From positions 67,766,001 to 67,830,000 of the forward strand of contig NC_042999.1 in the NCBI RefSeq assembly GCF_006345805.1: a stretch of DNA of 64,000 bases. Reading direction: 5' to 3'. Positions 11,619-24,993 of the stretch are shown here, in pieces; positions within the stretch are counted from its first letter, which is position 1; each line of letters begins with the position of its first letter. This DNA comes from Octopus sinensis (lineage: Eukaryota). A program made the translations under genes and the position numbers. Under the pieces are notes generated by a model. That model did no database searches and was not told where the DNA came from. It saw only the letters and a list, made by a program, of their open reading frames with translations.

Positions 11619-12369
11619 GTGCAGATATGGTAGTGTGGATATCGAGCTTGCATAATAACCACCAGGTCACAAGTTCTATTTCTTTGCATGGCACTTTGAA
11701 TAAGGGTCTGCTACTCTATCCTTGGCTCAACTTATGCCTTGTGAGTGAAACAGGTAGACAGAAAGTGTGAAGTGTGAATGCGTGTGTGTGTGTGGCATAT
11801 ATGCTTACATTGTGTATCCAGGCATGAAAAGCACTGAGTGGAAAAACAGTTACACTTGTTGACATTCTCTGCAAACAAATCCTTCCGAAGCACTGCATTT
11901 TCAAAGACAAGTGGAATAGAAAATCCATTAGTTGTCAAACAAACGGGGTTTAATGATAGGAACAGCCTATGACTGTAAAAACAATAGCTGAATACATATT
12001 CATGTAACCCATGCAGGCATAGATAAACAGATGTAAAGTAAACAATGACATGAATATAATATATAATTCTCCACTATAGTTGGCATAAAAGGAACTTAAC
12101 TTTAATAATGCCCTTTAAGATATACATCATATTATCATTATATAACTGGACAGAACCAGTTTCAGCCAGCCAGCCACCCAACCCAGCCAGCAATATGATT
12201 GGATAGAAGCAATCTTAACCAGTCTATCATCGTTATCTTCATCAACATCATCATTATCATTTAATGTCCACTTTTCCATGCTTGCCTGGGTCAGGCGGAA
12301 TTTGTTGAGACAGATTTTCTACAGATGGATGTCCATCTTGTTACCCCAAGGCTAGATATGTCTTGCATG

Positions 12370-12758
12370 TGGAGGCGCAATGGCCCAGTGGTTAGGGTAG
12401 CGGACTCGCGGTCGTAGGATCGCGGTTTCGATTCCCAGACCGGGCGTTGTGAGTGTTTATTGAGCGAAAACACCTAAAGCTCCATGAGGCTTCGGCAGGG
12501 ATGGTGGTGATCCCTGCTGTACTCTTTCACCACAAATTTCTCTCATTCTTCCTTCCTGTTTCTGCTGTACTTGTATTTCAAAGGGCCGGCCTTGTCACTC
12601 TCTGTGTCTCGTTGAATATCCCCGAGAACTGTGTTATGGGTAGACATGTCTGTGGAGTGCTCAGCCACTTACACGTTAATTTCACAAGCAGACTGTTCCG
12701 TTGATCGGATCAACCAGAACCCTCGTCGTCGTAACCGACGGAGTGCTTCCATCCATCC
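12370..12758 (+). mobile_element. Family B-related tRNA SINE, full length, (CCAT)n tail
   Basis: A box TGGCCCAGTGG, B box GTTTCGATTC; 12-bp TSD ATGTCTTGCATG at 12358-12369 and 12759-12770; 3' half shared with 1769-2096. Confidence 0.9.
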
Positions 12759-13452
12759 ATGTCTTGCATGCAAGATTAGTAAATGAAAGACAGTTTGTAT
12801 GACACACACATTTGTTAACAACTATCACATGATGTTAAGACTAGGATACCCACACGTTTTCTTTTGTCTTGCTCAGTTACATTTTGGTTGTTTTGCTAAA
12901 TTTTTCTTGAGAACATTTCTTAGTGGTAAGACCATAGCGGATCTATTTCTAGCATAAGGGTGTCCACATAGTCGTTTCCCTGATATGTACATATATATAT
13001 ATATACATACATACATACATACGTATGTATATATACACACACATACACAAATACACACACAAAACAGGCCTCTTTCAGTTTCCACCTACCAAATCTTCTC
13101 ACAAGGCTTTGGTCTGCCTGAGGCTATGGTGGAAGACACATACCCAAGGTGCCATGTAGTAGTGGGAACTGAACCCAAGACCACATGGTTGGGAAGCAAA
13201 CTTCTTAACCACATCCTCATTCATCCCACACCCATCTACTAAAAATGTTTTAATTTAATATTCATATTTTTCTTATTTAGCCCTTTCTTTTCTCTCTTCT
13301 TAGTCAGGAGAGAAGGCAGTGTCTTTGACTTGATGGAGTGCCTCTGGAATTGGTGAACAGGAGACAAAATATCTTAAAACCAGGAACTTAATACAATAGA
13401 ATGGATTCTGCTAAAGGCGCCTAGTGATGGACTTCAATACAGTCTCTATAAA

Positions 13453-13671
13453 CCCTTTCATTACCAACCCGGCTGAAACCGGCTCTGGCTCTTTAGTATA
13501 AATGTCTTGTTTTCATAAGTTTTGAATTCAAATCTTCCTCCAAATTTAGTCGCAATTTATGTTCCTAACACTAGCTTAATGATAACGATGTTATTTTACT
13601 AATTCTTTGTTATATTTAAAATAATTGGAAGAAACACAGAGCATCTCAAAATAAATAGAGTAATGAAAGGG
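13453..13671. mobile_element. piggyBac-like MITE
   Basis: Perfect 12-bp TIR CCCTTTCATTAC / GTAATGAAAGGG, flanks TAAA and TTAA. Confidence 0.75.
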
Positions 13672-15178
13672 TTAATGAAATTTCATTCTTAAGACTTTGG
13701 TTGAGCCAAGGCTATAGAAGAAGATCCATATCTAAAATGTTGCATGCTGGGATTGAACCTGAAACCACACCACTGCAAAGCAAACCTACACAGCCATATC
13801 TTCACTAACTAACCAACCAACCAGCCAACCCAGACAGCTAACCAATCATCAAAATCATTTGTAGCAAGTAACCAATGAAATGTTGAACATCATCATCATC
13901 ATCAAATGTCTGTTTTCTATGCTGGCATGGGTTGATGGTTTGACAGTAGCTGGTGAACTTAAAGACTGCATCAAATTCCAATAACTGCTTTGGCATGGTT
14001 TCTATGGCTGGATGCCCTTCCTAATGCCAACCACTTTACAGAGTGTACTGGGTGCTTTTTATGTGGCACCAGCACCTGTGAGGTCTGCTTTGGTATGGTT
14101 TCTATGGCGGGATGCCCTTTCTAATGCCAGCTACTTAACAGAGTGTACAGGGTGCTTTTTACGTGGCACCAGCACCAGTGAGGTCACTAAACAACTCACA
14201 AGGCAAGACCCCTCAAATGAGGTGGAATGTATCAAGGGAGATAACTTTATGTCAGGTGATGCGAAGCTGAAGAATGATAGAGAGAGAGAGAGAGAGAGAG
14301 AAACAGACGTCATTTAGTAGAAGAGATACTAAATGGAAGAGGATGGTGGTGAAGATGTGTTAGTGTAACAGCTGCATATAGCTTTGGTTGTTCATTGTTG
14401 ATGCATTTAGATGCTACTGGTGTATCTAGATGTTATCATTGTGTCAAAGTTGTTGTTGTTGCTATATCAATGTTGTGCTTAGATTAGTGGTTCTCAACCA
14501 TTTTAATATCCAGGCCAGATCCAAAACCTGGATTCTTTTAGGGTGCAACACCGAAAAAAAAAAAGGTAAAATATGGGTCAATATTGGTAAAAACGGTAAG
14601 ATAACAAAAGAAAGTAAGAGACCTCAATATTATGTAAATAGAGGAAATTTATCTGTAAAATAATATTTGACAATTATTTGGTAGCCAGTTTTATCTTGGC
14701 TACCGAATAATTGTCATATATATATATATATATATACATACATACATACGTATGTATATATACACACACATACACAAATACACACACAAAACAGGCCTCT
14801 TTCAGTTTCCACCTACCAAATCTTCTCACAAGGCTTTGGTCTGCCTGAGGCTATGGTGGAAGACACATACCCAAGGTGCCATGTAGTAGTGGGAACTGAA
14901 CCCAAGACCACATGGTTGGGAAGCAAACTTCTTAACCACATCCTCATTCATCCCACACCCATCTACTAAAAATGTTTTAATTTAATATTCATATTTTTCT
15001 TATTTAGCCCTTTCTTTTCTCTCTTCTTAGTCAGGAGAGAAGGCAGTGTCTTGACTTGATGGAGTGCCTCTGGAATTGGTGAACAGGAGACAAAATATCT
15101 TCAAACCAGGAACTTAATACAATAGAATGGATTCTGCTAAAGGCGCCTAGTGATGGACTTCAATACAGTCTCTATAAA

Positions 15179-15398
15179 CCCTTTCATTACCAACCCGGCT
15201 GAAACCGGCTCTGGCTCTTTAGTATAAATGTCTTGTTTTCATAAGTTTTGAATTCAAATCTTCCTCCAAATTTAGTCGCAATTTATGTTCCTAACACTAG
15301 CTTAATGATAACGATGTTATTTTACTAAATTCTTTGTTATATTTAAAATAATTGGAAGAAACACAGAGCATCTCAAAATAAATAGAGTAATGAAAGGG
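15179..15398. mobile_element. piggyBac-like MITE (duplicate copy)
   Basis: Second copy within the tandem duplication, same TIRs. Confidence 0.75.
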
Positions 15399-16445
15399 TT
15401 AATGAAATTTCATTCTTAAGACTTTGGTTGAGCCAAGGCTATAGAAGAAGATCCATATCTAAAATGTTGCATGCTGGGATTGAACCTGAAACCACACCAC
15501 TGCAAAGCAAACCTACACAGCCATATCTTCACTAACTAACCAACCAACCAGCCAACCCAGACAGCTAACCAATCATCAAAATCATTTGTAGCAAGTAACC
15601 AATGAAATGTTGAACATCATCATCATCATCAAATGTCTGTTTTCTATGCTGGCATGGGTTGATGGTTTGACAGTAGCTGGTGAACTTAAAGACTGCATCA
15701 AATTCCAATAACTGCTTTGGCATGGTTTCTATGGCTGGATGCCCTTCCTAATGCCAACCACTTTACAGAGTGTACTGGGTGCTTTTTATGTGGCACCAGC
15801 ACCTGTGAGGTCTGCTTTGGTATGGTTTCTATGGCGGGATGCCCTTTCTAATGCCAGCTACTTAACAGAGTGTACAGGGTGCTTTTTACGTGGCACCAGC
15901 ACCAGTGAGGTCACTAAACAACTCACAAGCAAGACCCCTCAAATGAGGTGGAATGTATCAAGGGAGATAACTTTATGTCAGGTGATGCGAAGCTGAAGAA
16001 TGATAGAGAGAGAGAGAGAGAGAGAAACAGACGTCATTTAGTAGAAGAGATACTAAATGGAAGAGGATGGTGGTGAAGATGTGTTAGTGTAACAGCTGCA
16101 TATAGCTTTGGTTGTTCATTGTTGATGCATTTAGATGCTACTGGTGTATCTAGATGTTATCATTGTGTCAAAGTTGTTGTTGTTGCTATATCAATGTTGT
16201 GCTTAGATTAGTGGTTCTCAACCATTTTAATATCCAGGCCAGATCCAAAACCTGGATTCTTTTAGGGTGCAACACCGAAAAAAAAAAGGTAAAATATGGG
16301 TCAATATTGGTAAAAACGGTAAGATAACAAAAGAAAGTAAGAGACCTCAATATTATGTAAATAGAGGAATTTATCTGTAAAATAATATTTGACAATTATT
16401 TGGTAGCCAGTTTTATCTTGGCTACCGAATAATTGTCATATATAT

Positions 16446-16489
<44 letters not shown>

Positions 16490-16491
<2 letters not shown>

Positions 16492-16927
16492 CACAGGCAT
16501 GGCTGTGTGGTAAGAAGCTTGCTTTCCAACCACATGGTTCCAGGATCAGTCTCAATGCATGACACCTTGGGCAAGTGTCTTCTACTATAGCCTCCGGCTA
16601 ACCAAATCCTTGTGAGTGGATTTAGTAGACGGAAACTGAAAGAACCCCATCGTATGTGTGTGTGTGTATATATATATATGTATGTATACATACACACATA
16701 TATATATATATATGTATGTATCTATGTGCTTGTGTTTGTACCTGCCACTATCGCTTGGCAACCAATGTTGGTGTGTTTATGTCCCCATAACTTAGCAGTT
16801 CGGCAAAAGAGACCAAAAGAATAAGTACCAAACTTACAAAGAACAAGTCCTAGGGTTGATTTCTTTGACTAGAAGTCGGTGCTCCAGCATGGCTGCTATC
16901 AAATGACAAACTAGTAAAAGAACAAAA

Positions 16928-16930
<3 letters not shown>
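16490..16930 (+). mobile_element. Family A SINE, full length
   Basis: GGCACAGGCATGGCTGTGTGGTAAG head through GTAAAAGAACAAAAGAA tail, embedded in (TA)n. Confidence 0.85.
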
Positions 16931-16990
<60 letters not shown>

Positions 16991-17660
16991 TGTAAGGAAG
17001 ACTATTGAGGACTGCTGGAAGGATGCTTGAGGGAGGCTGATGGCCCTGGGAGCTGTGATTAAGGACCTCTGGTCTAGATGCTGTTGTACAGTCTAAATGC
17101 TATTTTCATGTCTAAAATTAGTTGTTGTTTAATGTTTGCACTGCTCTGAATTCTAACAAGTAGCAGGTGGTAAGCAATGAGGGAGAATCGGTGACCTTCA
17201 TGATGTTCAAATCATATCAACAAAAAAAAAAAGCAAAAAACAAAAAATGCATTGAGTCAAATCAGTAGTAGTTGCTATGACAACCATGACACTGTTTACA
17301 ATTGTCAAACATAGGAAATAATTTCATCATCATCAAACAACATCGAATGTCAAAACAACATTTCCAAATTGACAGCTTGTCATCACCGTCATTGTAATCC
17401 TCCACCTCACTTCCCATCCTCCTCCTCATCCTCCCTCAACAAACCAATAAATACCATTGCTGCATATGCCTCATAACAAGCTGCATACATATACATACAC
17501 ATGCAGGCACACACACACACACACACATACACACATACACATATATCACTTCCATAGACCTCTCTAGCACAGGAAATCAAAAATATTAAACCTGAAAGAT
17601 TATAGAAAAGATGAAAGAGCTCACCTCATGATGTCTGCTCACTCCCGCCCCCTCTCTCTT

Positions 17661-17704
<44 letters not shown>

Positions 17705-17869
17705 TGAGCTCCAACCAGACACATCACTTTTCACAACTACATGTCTAATTAACCACGAATATGTAAACATGTCAACTGTAACATTGTGACATCAGTCTTC
17801 AGCATGTCTCCTCCAATTACCTCTCTAACACAGCACAGATGCATGAATATCGCCATGACTCTCCAGATG

Positions 17870-19160
17870 ACTAGAACACTATGGAAAACTATCATAAAAC
17901 TACAGATATTTTAAACATGTTAACAATAATCTAGAACACTTTTACAACACCATGTATATTAAACACCTCAACAATGTACTATAGCATTACTATAATTCTA
18001 CAGATAGCTTAATGCCTTGAAAACACATCAAGAAATCCACTACAACCCCACAGATATCTAAACATGTTAAAAACAGAACAGAACACTACTACAGCACCAC
18101 AGATATCTAAACATGTTAAAAACAGAAGAGAACACTACTACAACACTAAAGATATCTAAACATGTTAAAAACAGAAGAGAACACTACTACAACACTAAAG
18201 ATATCTAAACATGTTAAAAACAGAAGAGAACACTACTACAACACTAAAGATATCTAAACATGTTAAAAACAGAAGAGAACACTACTACAGCACCACAGAT
18301 ATCTAAACATGTTAAAAACAGAAGAGAACACTACTACAACACTACAGATATTTAAACATGTTAAAAACAGAACAGAACACTACTACAACACCACAGATAT
18401 CTAAACATGTTAAAAACAGAACAGAACACTACTACAACACTACAGATATTTAAACACATTCACAATATTTCAGAAAATTATTACACCACCAGAGAATACT
18501 ATCACAGCACCACAGATATCTAAACGTGTTAAAAATACCACAGAACACTACTAGAACAGAGAACACTATTACACTACCACAGATATCTAAACGTGTTAAG
18601 AACACAAAACATTGCTACAGCACAAGAGAACACTGTGACACCATCACAATTATTTAAACATGTTAATAATATTCCAGAAGACTGCTACAACACCAGAGAA
18701 CATTATCGTAGCATTACAGATATCAGAGATGTTAAATGCACCATAGAACATCACTATAACACTATAGAACACTAGCACACCACCACAGATATCTAAACAT
18801 ATTAAGAACCACACAGAACACTGCTACAATGTAAGAGAACACTATTACAACATTACAGATATCTAAACATATTAAGAACCACAGAACACTATCACTATAT
18901 GACTGATATTTAAACATATTAAAACACGTGCCTGAATATTATTATAACATCATAGATATTTTTTAAACATGTTAACAGAAGATTAGAACACTACTACAAA
19001 TATCATAGACATCTAAACCATCTTAAAAACACATTATAACACCACAGAACATCATCATAGCATTACAGATATTGAAACACTGCTACAATTTCAGACACAT
19101 AACCACTACTACTCCAACAATAACACCACCTATATCTAAGCACCTTAACTATACTCCAAA
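17870..19160 (+). repeat. 49-bp minisatellite with homogeneous core and degenerate flanks
   Basis: Unit AGATATCTAAACATGTTAAAAACAGAAGAGAACACTACTACAACACTAA starts at 18052, 18101, 18150...; about 8 near-perfect copies to about 18450. Confidence 0.92.
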
Positions 19161-19414
19161 GCACCTCTACTATGGCAGCTACCATCACAACAGACTTCAC
19201 AGATAATCTTTCTACCAAATATATTTTGAGCCCACAATTTAGCCTCAATTTGGTTCCTCAGCCTGCTAGATGGAGCAACCAAATCTCCCTCAAATCACAT
19301 CTTACTATCATAAATGAACACATACACACACATGCATGCACACATACACAATTGTTCCAATACATTATGTCTGAGGGTAGACACAGATGGAATAATTTTT
19401 TCTTTCTTTGTAAT

Positions 19415-19820
19415 ATCATCATCATCATCGTTTAACGTCCGTTTTCCACGCTAGAATGGGTTGGATGGTTCGACCGGGGTCTGGAAGCCATGGAGGCTGC
19501 AGTCTGGAGGCTCTAGTCTGATTTGGCAGTGTTTCTACAGCTGGATGCCCTTCCTAACGCCAACCACTCCGTGAGTGTAGTGGGTGGTTTTTACGTGCCA
19601 CTGGCACAGGGGCCAGAGCAGGCTGGCAAACGGCCATGATCGGTTGCTTTTACGTGTCACCAACATGGATGCCAGCCAGGCAGCGCTGGCATCTGCCACG
19701 TTCGGACAGTGCTTTTTACATGTCACCAGCACGGGTGTCTTAACTACAATTTCCATTTGAATTTTTATTTTGATGTTGATATACCTGACACAGTAGGTCT
19801 CCTCAAGAACAACGGGTCAC

Positions 19821-19822
<2 letters not shown>
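19415..19822 (-). mobile_element. Family D retroposon
   Basis: (CAT)n start, shared core, internal TTTTACGTGCCAC modules. Confidence 0.8.
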
Positions 19823-19854
<32 letters not shown>

Positions 19855-19914
19855 TACATGAGTGTAATTGCATGCATTTGTGTGTAAAGTACACAAGAAC
19901 TAAGGTCAGCTTAA

Positions 19915-20100
19915 CCCTTTAAATATACAGGCCAAATATTCTAGCCATAGAGGCCATATCCAGTTCAAATATCCTAGCTACATACGCCATATCCAGTCCA
20001 AATATTCTACTTGCTCTATGTTCAACCAGCCAGATCTGGCCTCTCACACTTATTCTGCAATAAATATTACATTTGACAGAGTAATCGGAATGCTAAAAGG
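19915..20100. mobile_element. piggyBac-like MITE
   Basis: TTAA|CCCTTT...AAAAGG|TTAA termini. Confidence 0.55.
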
Positions 20101-20132
20101 TTAAGTGTGTCAAGTCACAGATTGTATATATA

Positions 20133-20686
20133 CGAGGGTGAGTCAAAAAGTAATGCCATTTTGTTTAGGACTGATATAATAACCAACATAGGAACATGTA
20201 TCATACATCAAAAGGAAGCTGGTCCTCTGCAGATCACATCCCTACTTCTCAACATAGTCACCGTCCCTCTCAATAGCAATGTTCCACCTTCGAATGAGAG
20301 CATGTATCCCTGCCCCATAAAATTCTGTTGACTGTTCTTTGAGCCACTTCTTCGCTAGTCTTGACTTCCTAGTCACTGGAATAATGTTTGCCTCTCAAAC
20401 CCTCTTTCATGGCACCAAAGAGATGATAGTCTGAAGGTGCTAAATTTGGTGAGTGTGGAGGTAGGGAAGAAGTGGCTGAAAGAACGGTCAACAGAATTTT
20501 ACGGGGCAGGGATACATGCTCTCATTCAAAGGTGGAACATTGCTATTGAGAGAAACGGTGACTATGTTGAGGAGTAAAGATGTGATTCACAGAGGACCAG
20601 CTTCATTTTGATGTATGATACATGTTCCTGTGTTGGTAATTGTACCTGTCCAAAACAAAATGGCATAACTTTTTGACTCACCCTCG
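20133..20686. mobile_element. Mariner-derived fold-back element built from two transposase 3' ends
   Basis: TA TSD; termini CGAGGGTGAGTCAAAAAGT; minus arm encodes PPHSPNLAPSDYHLFGAMKEG...RWNIAIERDGDYVEK*, plus arm KKWLKERSTEFYGAGIHALIQRWNIAIERNGDYVEE*. Confidence 0.9.
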
Positions 20687-21142
20687 TATATCTGCTAGGT
20701 CACTTAATTTCTGTATATATAACTGCGCATTCAGACATATACTTACTGAGTTTGGACGGAGTTTATTTGAGGTAGATTTTTTTAGAACTGGATGCCCTTC
20801 TAGCTATCAACTCTCACCTGATTCCAAGCAAGACAATATTTCTCCATGCCCAGACATGTTTTTGCAGAATATTGGAAATGAACAACACTGCTTCTATGAC
20901 AGGGACATTCATTTACAACTAAAGTTCCTTCCTTCTCATGGCATGCTGACTCCCCTCCAGGACAGGACGCTGGTCTGTTGCAGGATTACTCATTTTTGCC
21001 AGCTGTGGACTGGAGCATCATGAAATGAAGTGCTTTGCTCAAGAACACAATGCATTGCCTAGTCCAGGAATCGAAACCACACTCTTACAATCATGAGTCC
21101 AACACCCGAACCATTGACTCCACCTTGACTCATTTACAACTA

Positions 21143-21376
21143 CCTATTTCTTTACTACCCACAATGGGCTAAACACAGAGAGGACAAACAAGGACACACA
21201 AACGGATTAAGTCGATTACATCGACCCCAGTGCGTAACTGGTACTTAATTTATCGACCCCGAAAGGATGAAAGGCAAAGTCGACCTCGGCGGAATTTGAA
21301 CTCAGAACGTAACGGTAGACGAAATACGGCTACACATTTCGCCCGGCATGCTAACGTTTCTGCCAGATCGCCGCCT
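21143..21376 (-). mobile_element. Family C SINE, young full-length copy
   Basis: CpG-rich, matches family consensus end to end. Confidence 0.88.
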
Positions 21377-22794
21377 TTTACAGCTACCATGCACTGTCAT
21401 GACAAGGGAACACAAACAACAGACACACGGTGGCTTTCTTTCAGTTTCACTCACAAGATTTTTGTTGACCTGAGGCTCTGTTAGAAGGCACCAGCCAAAA
21501 GTGCCATACAGTGGGATTGAACCGAAAAATACATAGTTGCAAAGCAAGTGTCTTAACTACAGCCATGTTTACACCTATTCAGTAATAATGCAGTCACAAA
21601 GTGAATGGGTATTAAATGATAATTCCAGCACTTAATTACTGAGTATTAAGCAATAATTTAAACCACTATTTGCTTTCAAGTGAAAAAGACATTGTTTAGC
21701 AATAGAATGATAATGAAGGTATGACTGCTTCTGTAGAAATTCTTTGGAGGAATTTGACCAAATACAATTTAGATGAATCATGAGGGTAGGGTTATTGCTC
21801 CTTGACATATTTATTTAGAAGTGACGTTGAATGAAAATGATCAAATTCATTGACATTGTTGAGGTAATTAACAAGTCCGTTTGTAATGTTGTTGTTGTTG
21901 TTGTTATTTAAAGTTTGGCCAGTCTAGATTTGGTTGATCTATGATTAAAATCCTTTCAGCTTTGGCCATCCTATTTTTGTTTCAGGCATAGTGTATCAAG
22001 GACTATGTAATCCAATATGGCATTAAATTATTATTTTTGTTGTAAGGATAGGATGTGTGTGCATGTTAGGTGGGGGTTGTTTTTTTGTGGTAAGTGAGGG
22101 AAGAATCAACTACTATTTCTCACTGATTAAGCTTCCACGCAGATTTCTCTCTCGTGGGCAAGTTGTATGTCACAAGGTTGTCTTGAGAGAGAGGTTAAGA
22201 TAAAAGAGAGTCTTAGCCAGGAGTGATAATTTTGCTGACCCAGTAGAGCTATGAATAAAGGTCTTCCTCCTTTGACCATCAATTTTCTGTCTAGGACTAT
22301 ATTGCCTAATGTCTCTTTTCATTTATAAAGATGACTGGCTGTGATGTGATGTTTGAGGGTGATTTGATTGTTATTTCTAGCAGGTTGATTGACTGCACAC
22401 AGGCTCCTACTTTGACATGGGCTAAGGCTTTTTTCTCTTGGGTCATGGGTGACTGTCTTAACCAGTGGTTTTCAGCTGGGGTCCATATGGACCCTCAGGT
22501 GGTTATATAAGATTTTTGGGGTCACTCAACAAAACAGTAAATTGGGTATCATCATCATCATCATCATCATCATTGTTTAACGTCCATTTCCCATGTCTGC
22601 ATGGGTGAAACTGAATTAATTGAAGCAGACAGCTGGATGCACTTTCTGTCACCAACATTCCTCTGTTTCCAAGCAAGGTAATATTTTCTCATGGCTAGAC
22701 ATGTTTTTCATGAAAGACTTGAAGCAAAAAACACTGCTTAGCAAAAAACACTGCTTGTATGACACAGCCTTCTTTCAGTTTCTTATTTCTTTTT

Positions 22795-23020
22795 TATTTC
22801 TTTATTGCCCACAAGGGGCTAAACATAGAGGGGATAACAAGGACAGACAAAGGGATTAAGTCGATTACATCGACCCCAGTGTGTAACTGGTATTTAATTT
22901 ATCGACCCTGAAAGGATGAAAGGTAAAGTCGACCTTGGCGGAATTTGAACTCAGAACGTAATGGCAGATGAAATACCGCTAAGCATTTCGCGCAGCGTGC
23001 TAATGTTTCTGCCAGCTCGC
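22795..23020 (-). mobile_element. Family C SINE nested in a family A fragment
   Basis: Family consensus; CCTTCTTTCAGTTTCT duplicated on both sides. Confidence 0.85.
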
Positions 23021-24140
23021 TACCTTCTTTCAGTTTCTGTCTACCAAATTCACCCATAAGACCTTGATTGGCCCAGAGCTGTAATGGAAGACAGCTACCC
23101 AAGGTACCATGCACTAAGGGACTGAACCTGAAACCACATGGTTCATAAATAAGCTTCTTAACCACAAAAACAGAGGGATAAGACCTACAGTTTTTCCAGA
23201 ACTTCTCAGACTAGTTGAATTGGTGTAGACAATAGTCAGCCTGAATATCTGTAGATCAATATAGAAAATACATAGGTGAGGAAAGAGAATTTGGGAGACT
23301 GCATTGCGTGATTATAACAGAATGAACTCTGCTAAAAGCATCCAAAGACCAGGTGTTTGTTAAAACCAATTTGCATGTTTGAACCGTTTATTTTGTCTGT
23401 AATTCTTCTCTGAGGTGGTACCTCAGTTAGCATGATGTCACATTTGATGTAAATGATTTTACTCTTAACATTATACATTTAATGTGAATATTTAATATAT
23501 CTATATATTAAATGTTCATACACACACACATTTACAACGTATAAATATTCATATGTATATATATTATATATCTGTATCTATCTATCTATATATATATATA
23601 TGCACATATACATATGAATATATAAATATACTTATATATATAATGCCTTATAAATATTCATACATAATTATACACACACACATTATATATCTATATCTAT
23701 ATCTATATATATGCACATATACATATGAATATATATAAATATACTTATATATATAATGCCTTATAAATATTCATACATAATTATACACACACATATATAT
23801 ATACATGTTCTTTATTTGTAAAAAAATAATAGATAAATATATATATGTAGTAGCTGCCTTCTTGTATACATATGTATAAATGTATGTATGTATATATATA
23901 TGTATGTGTGTTTGTGTATGTATACATATATATGTATATGAACACACACACACACACACACATATGTGTGCACATACATATAATGTTGAATATTCAGATT
24001 GCAGCTATTTCCGGTTAGATATTGTACAATGGGGATTTTTCACTTGGATGACTGTAAAATGATGAGGATATTAATTTGATGATAAATTAAATAGCAAAAC
24101 ACTCTATGCAAGTGTGTACGTGTGTTTGTGTGCAAGCACA

Positions 24141-24208
<68 letters not shown>

Positions 24209-24704
24209 TTAGGACTGATTGTGTGGGCTTATATGTGTTAGAATGTTTGTAACAGTGAATATTTAGGTAGGTATGTATTTATATTTACATTTATGTGTGT
24301 GTATGTGGGCGTTGTGTGTGTGTGTGGGCGTTGTGTGTGTGGGCATCATGTGTGTGTGTGGGCGTCGTGTGTGTGTGTGTGTGTGTGTGTGGTAGTATGT
24401 ATTGTAAGACTGTCTAAATATGAGTGTGTCTAAATATGAAGGCTTGTACATGTATGTGTTTATGTCCAGCTTTATCTACGTGTGTCTGTGTGGTCTGAAG
24501 GCTTGTTACTTGTATACATTGGTATGTGTGGTGTTTATGGATGTGATTAAGTCACAGGGTGAGGCTTGAGCTGTAGTAAATGGCGATTTTAAAATGAACT
24601 TGACCCTACTATTTAGTTCTGAGTCAACAGTAAAGTCAATGCTCTATTGTAATCCTTAAAATTCCTTTAAAATAACAAAATCACAAGACAAATGCTTCAT
24701 ATAG

Positions 24705-24935
24705 CTATGGTTATATATAACTGTGATACGTACACACAATTTGCATCGCCAGTTTGGAACCCCGTCTTGTCCACAATATTGATCTACTGGAAGCTGTCCA
24801 AAGACTTGCAATGACATTAATACCCTGTCAGTCGCTTACCATATCTTGGACACCTTGCTTCTTTGGCACTGACACACTAAAGCTTCAACAGCTAACAATC
24901 GACTTGGGAGAAGCCCACAAAATTATCCACTATTT
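24705..24935 (+). pseudogene. CR1-like LINE ORF2 C-terminal fragment
   Basis: FASPVWNPRLVHNIDLLEAVQRLA...TLKLQQLTIDLGEAHKIIH resembles CR1 YASPVWSP...LERVQRRATK...RRLRGDLI..YKI; frameshifted. Confidence 0.7.
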
Positions 24936-24993
24936 TACCAATAACAACTTTGGCTACCGTTTGAATTCAATATTTTCACCATCAATAAAGGCC

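Larger units (their letters stand above)
12990..16438 (+). repeat. Direct tandem duplication, unit about 1.72 kb
   Basis: 12990-14716 repeated at 14717-16438 (offset 1727 at start, 1722 at end); differences are almost all 1-nt or microsatellite indels. Confidence 0.95.

Noticed and set aside
13305-13360. Possible plus-strand exon after a polypyrimidine tract
   Set aside because: Short and unrecognised peptide, frameshifted in the duplicate copy; no independent support.
17600-17660. Minus-strand GC box, ATG and GTGAGC donor as a first exon
   Set aside because: Short motifs expected by chance in 64 kb; no supporting downstream exon identified.
18052-18450. Regular repeats as CRISPR or a coding repeat
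   Set aside because: Head-to-tail 49-bp units with no unique spacers; the period is not a multiple of 3.
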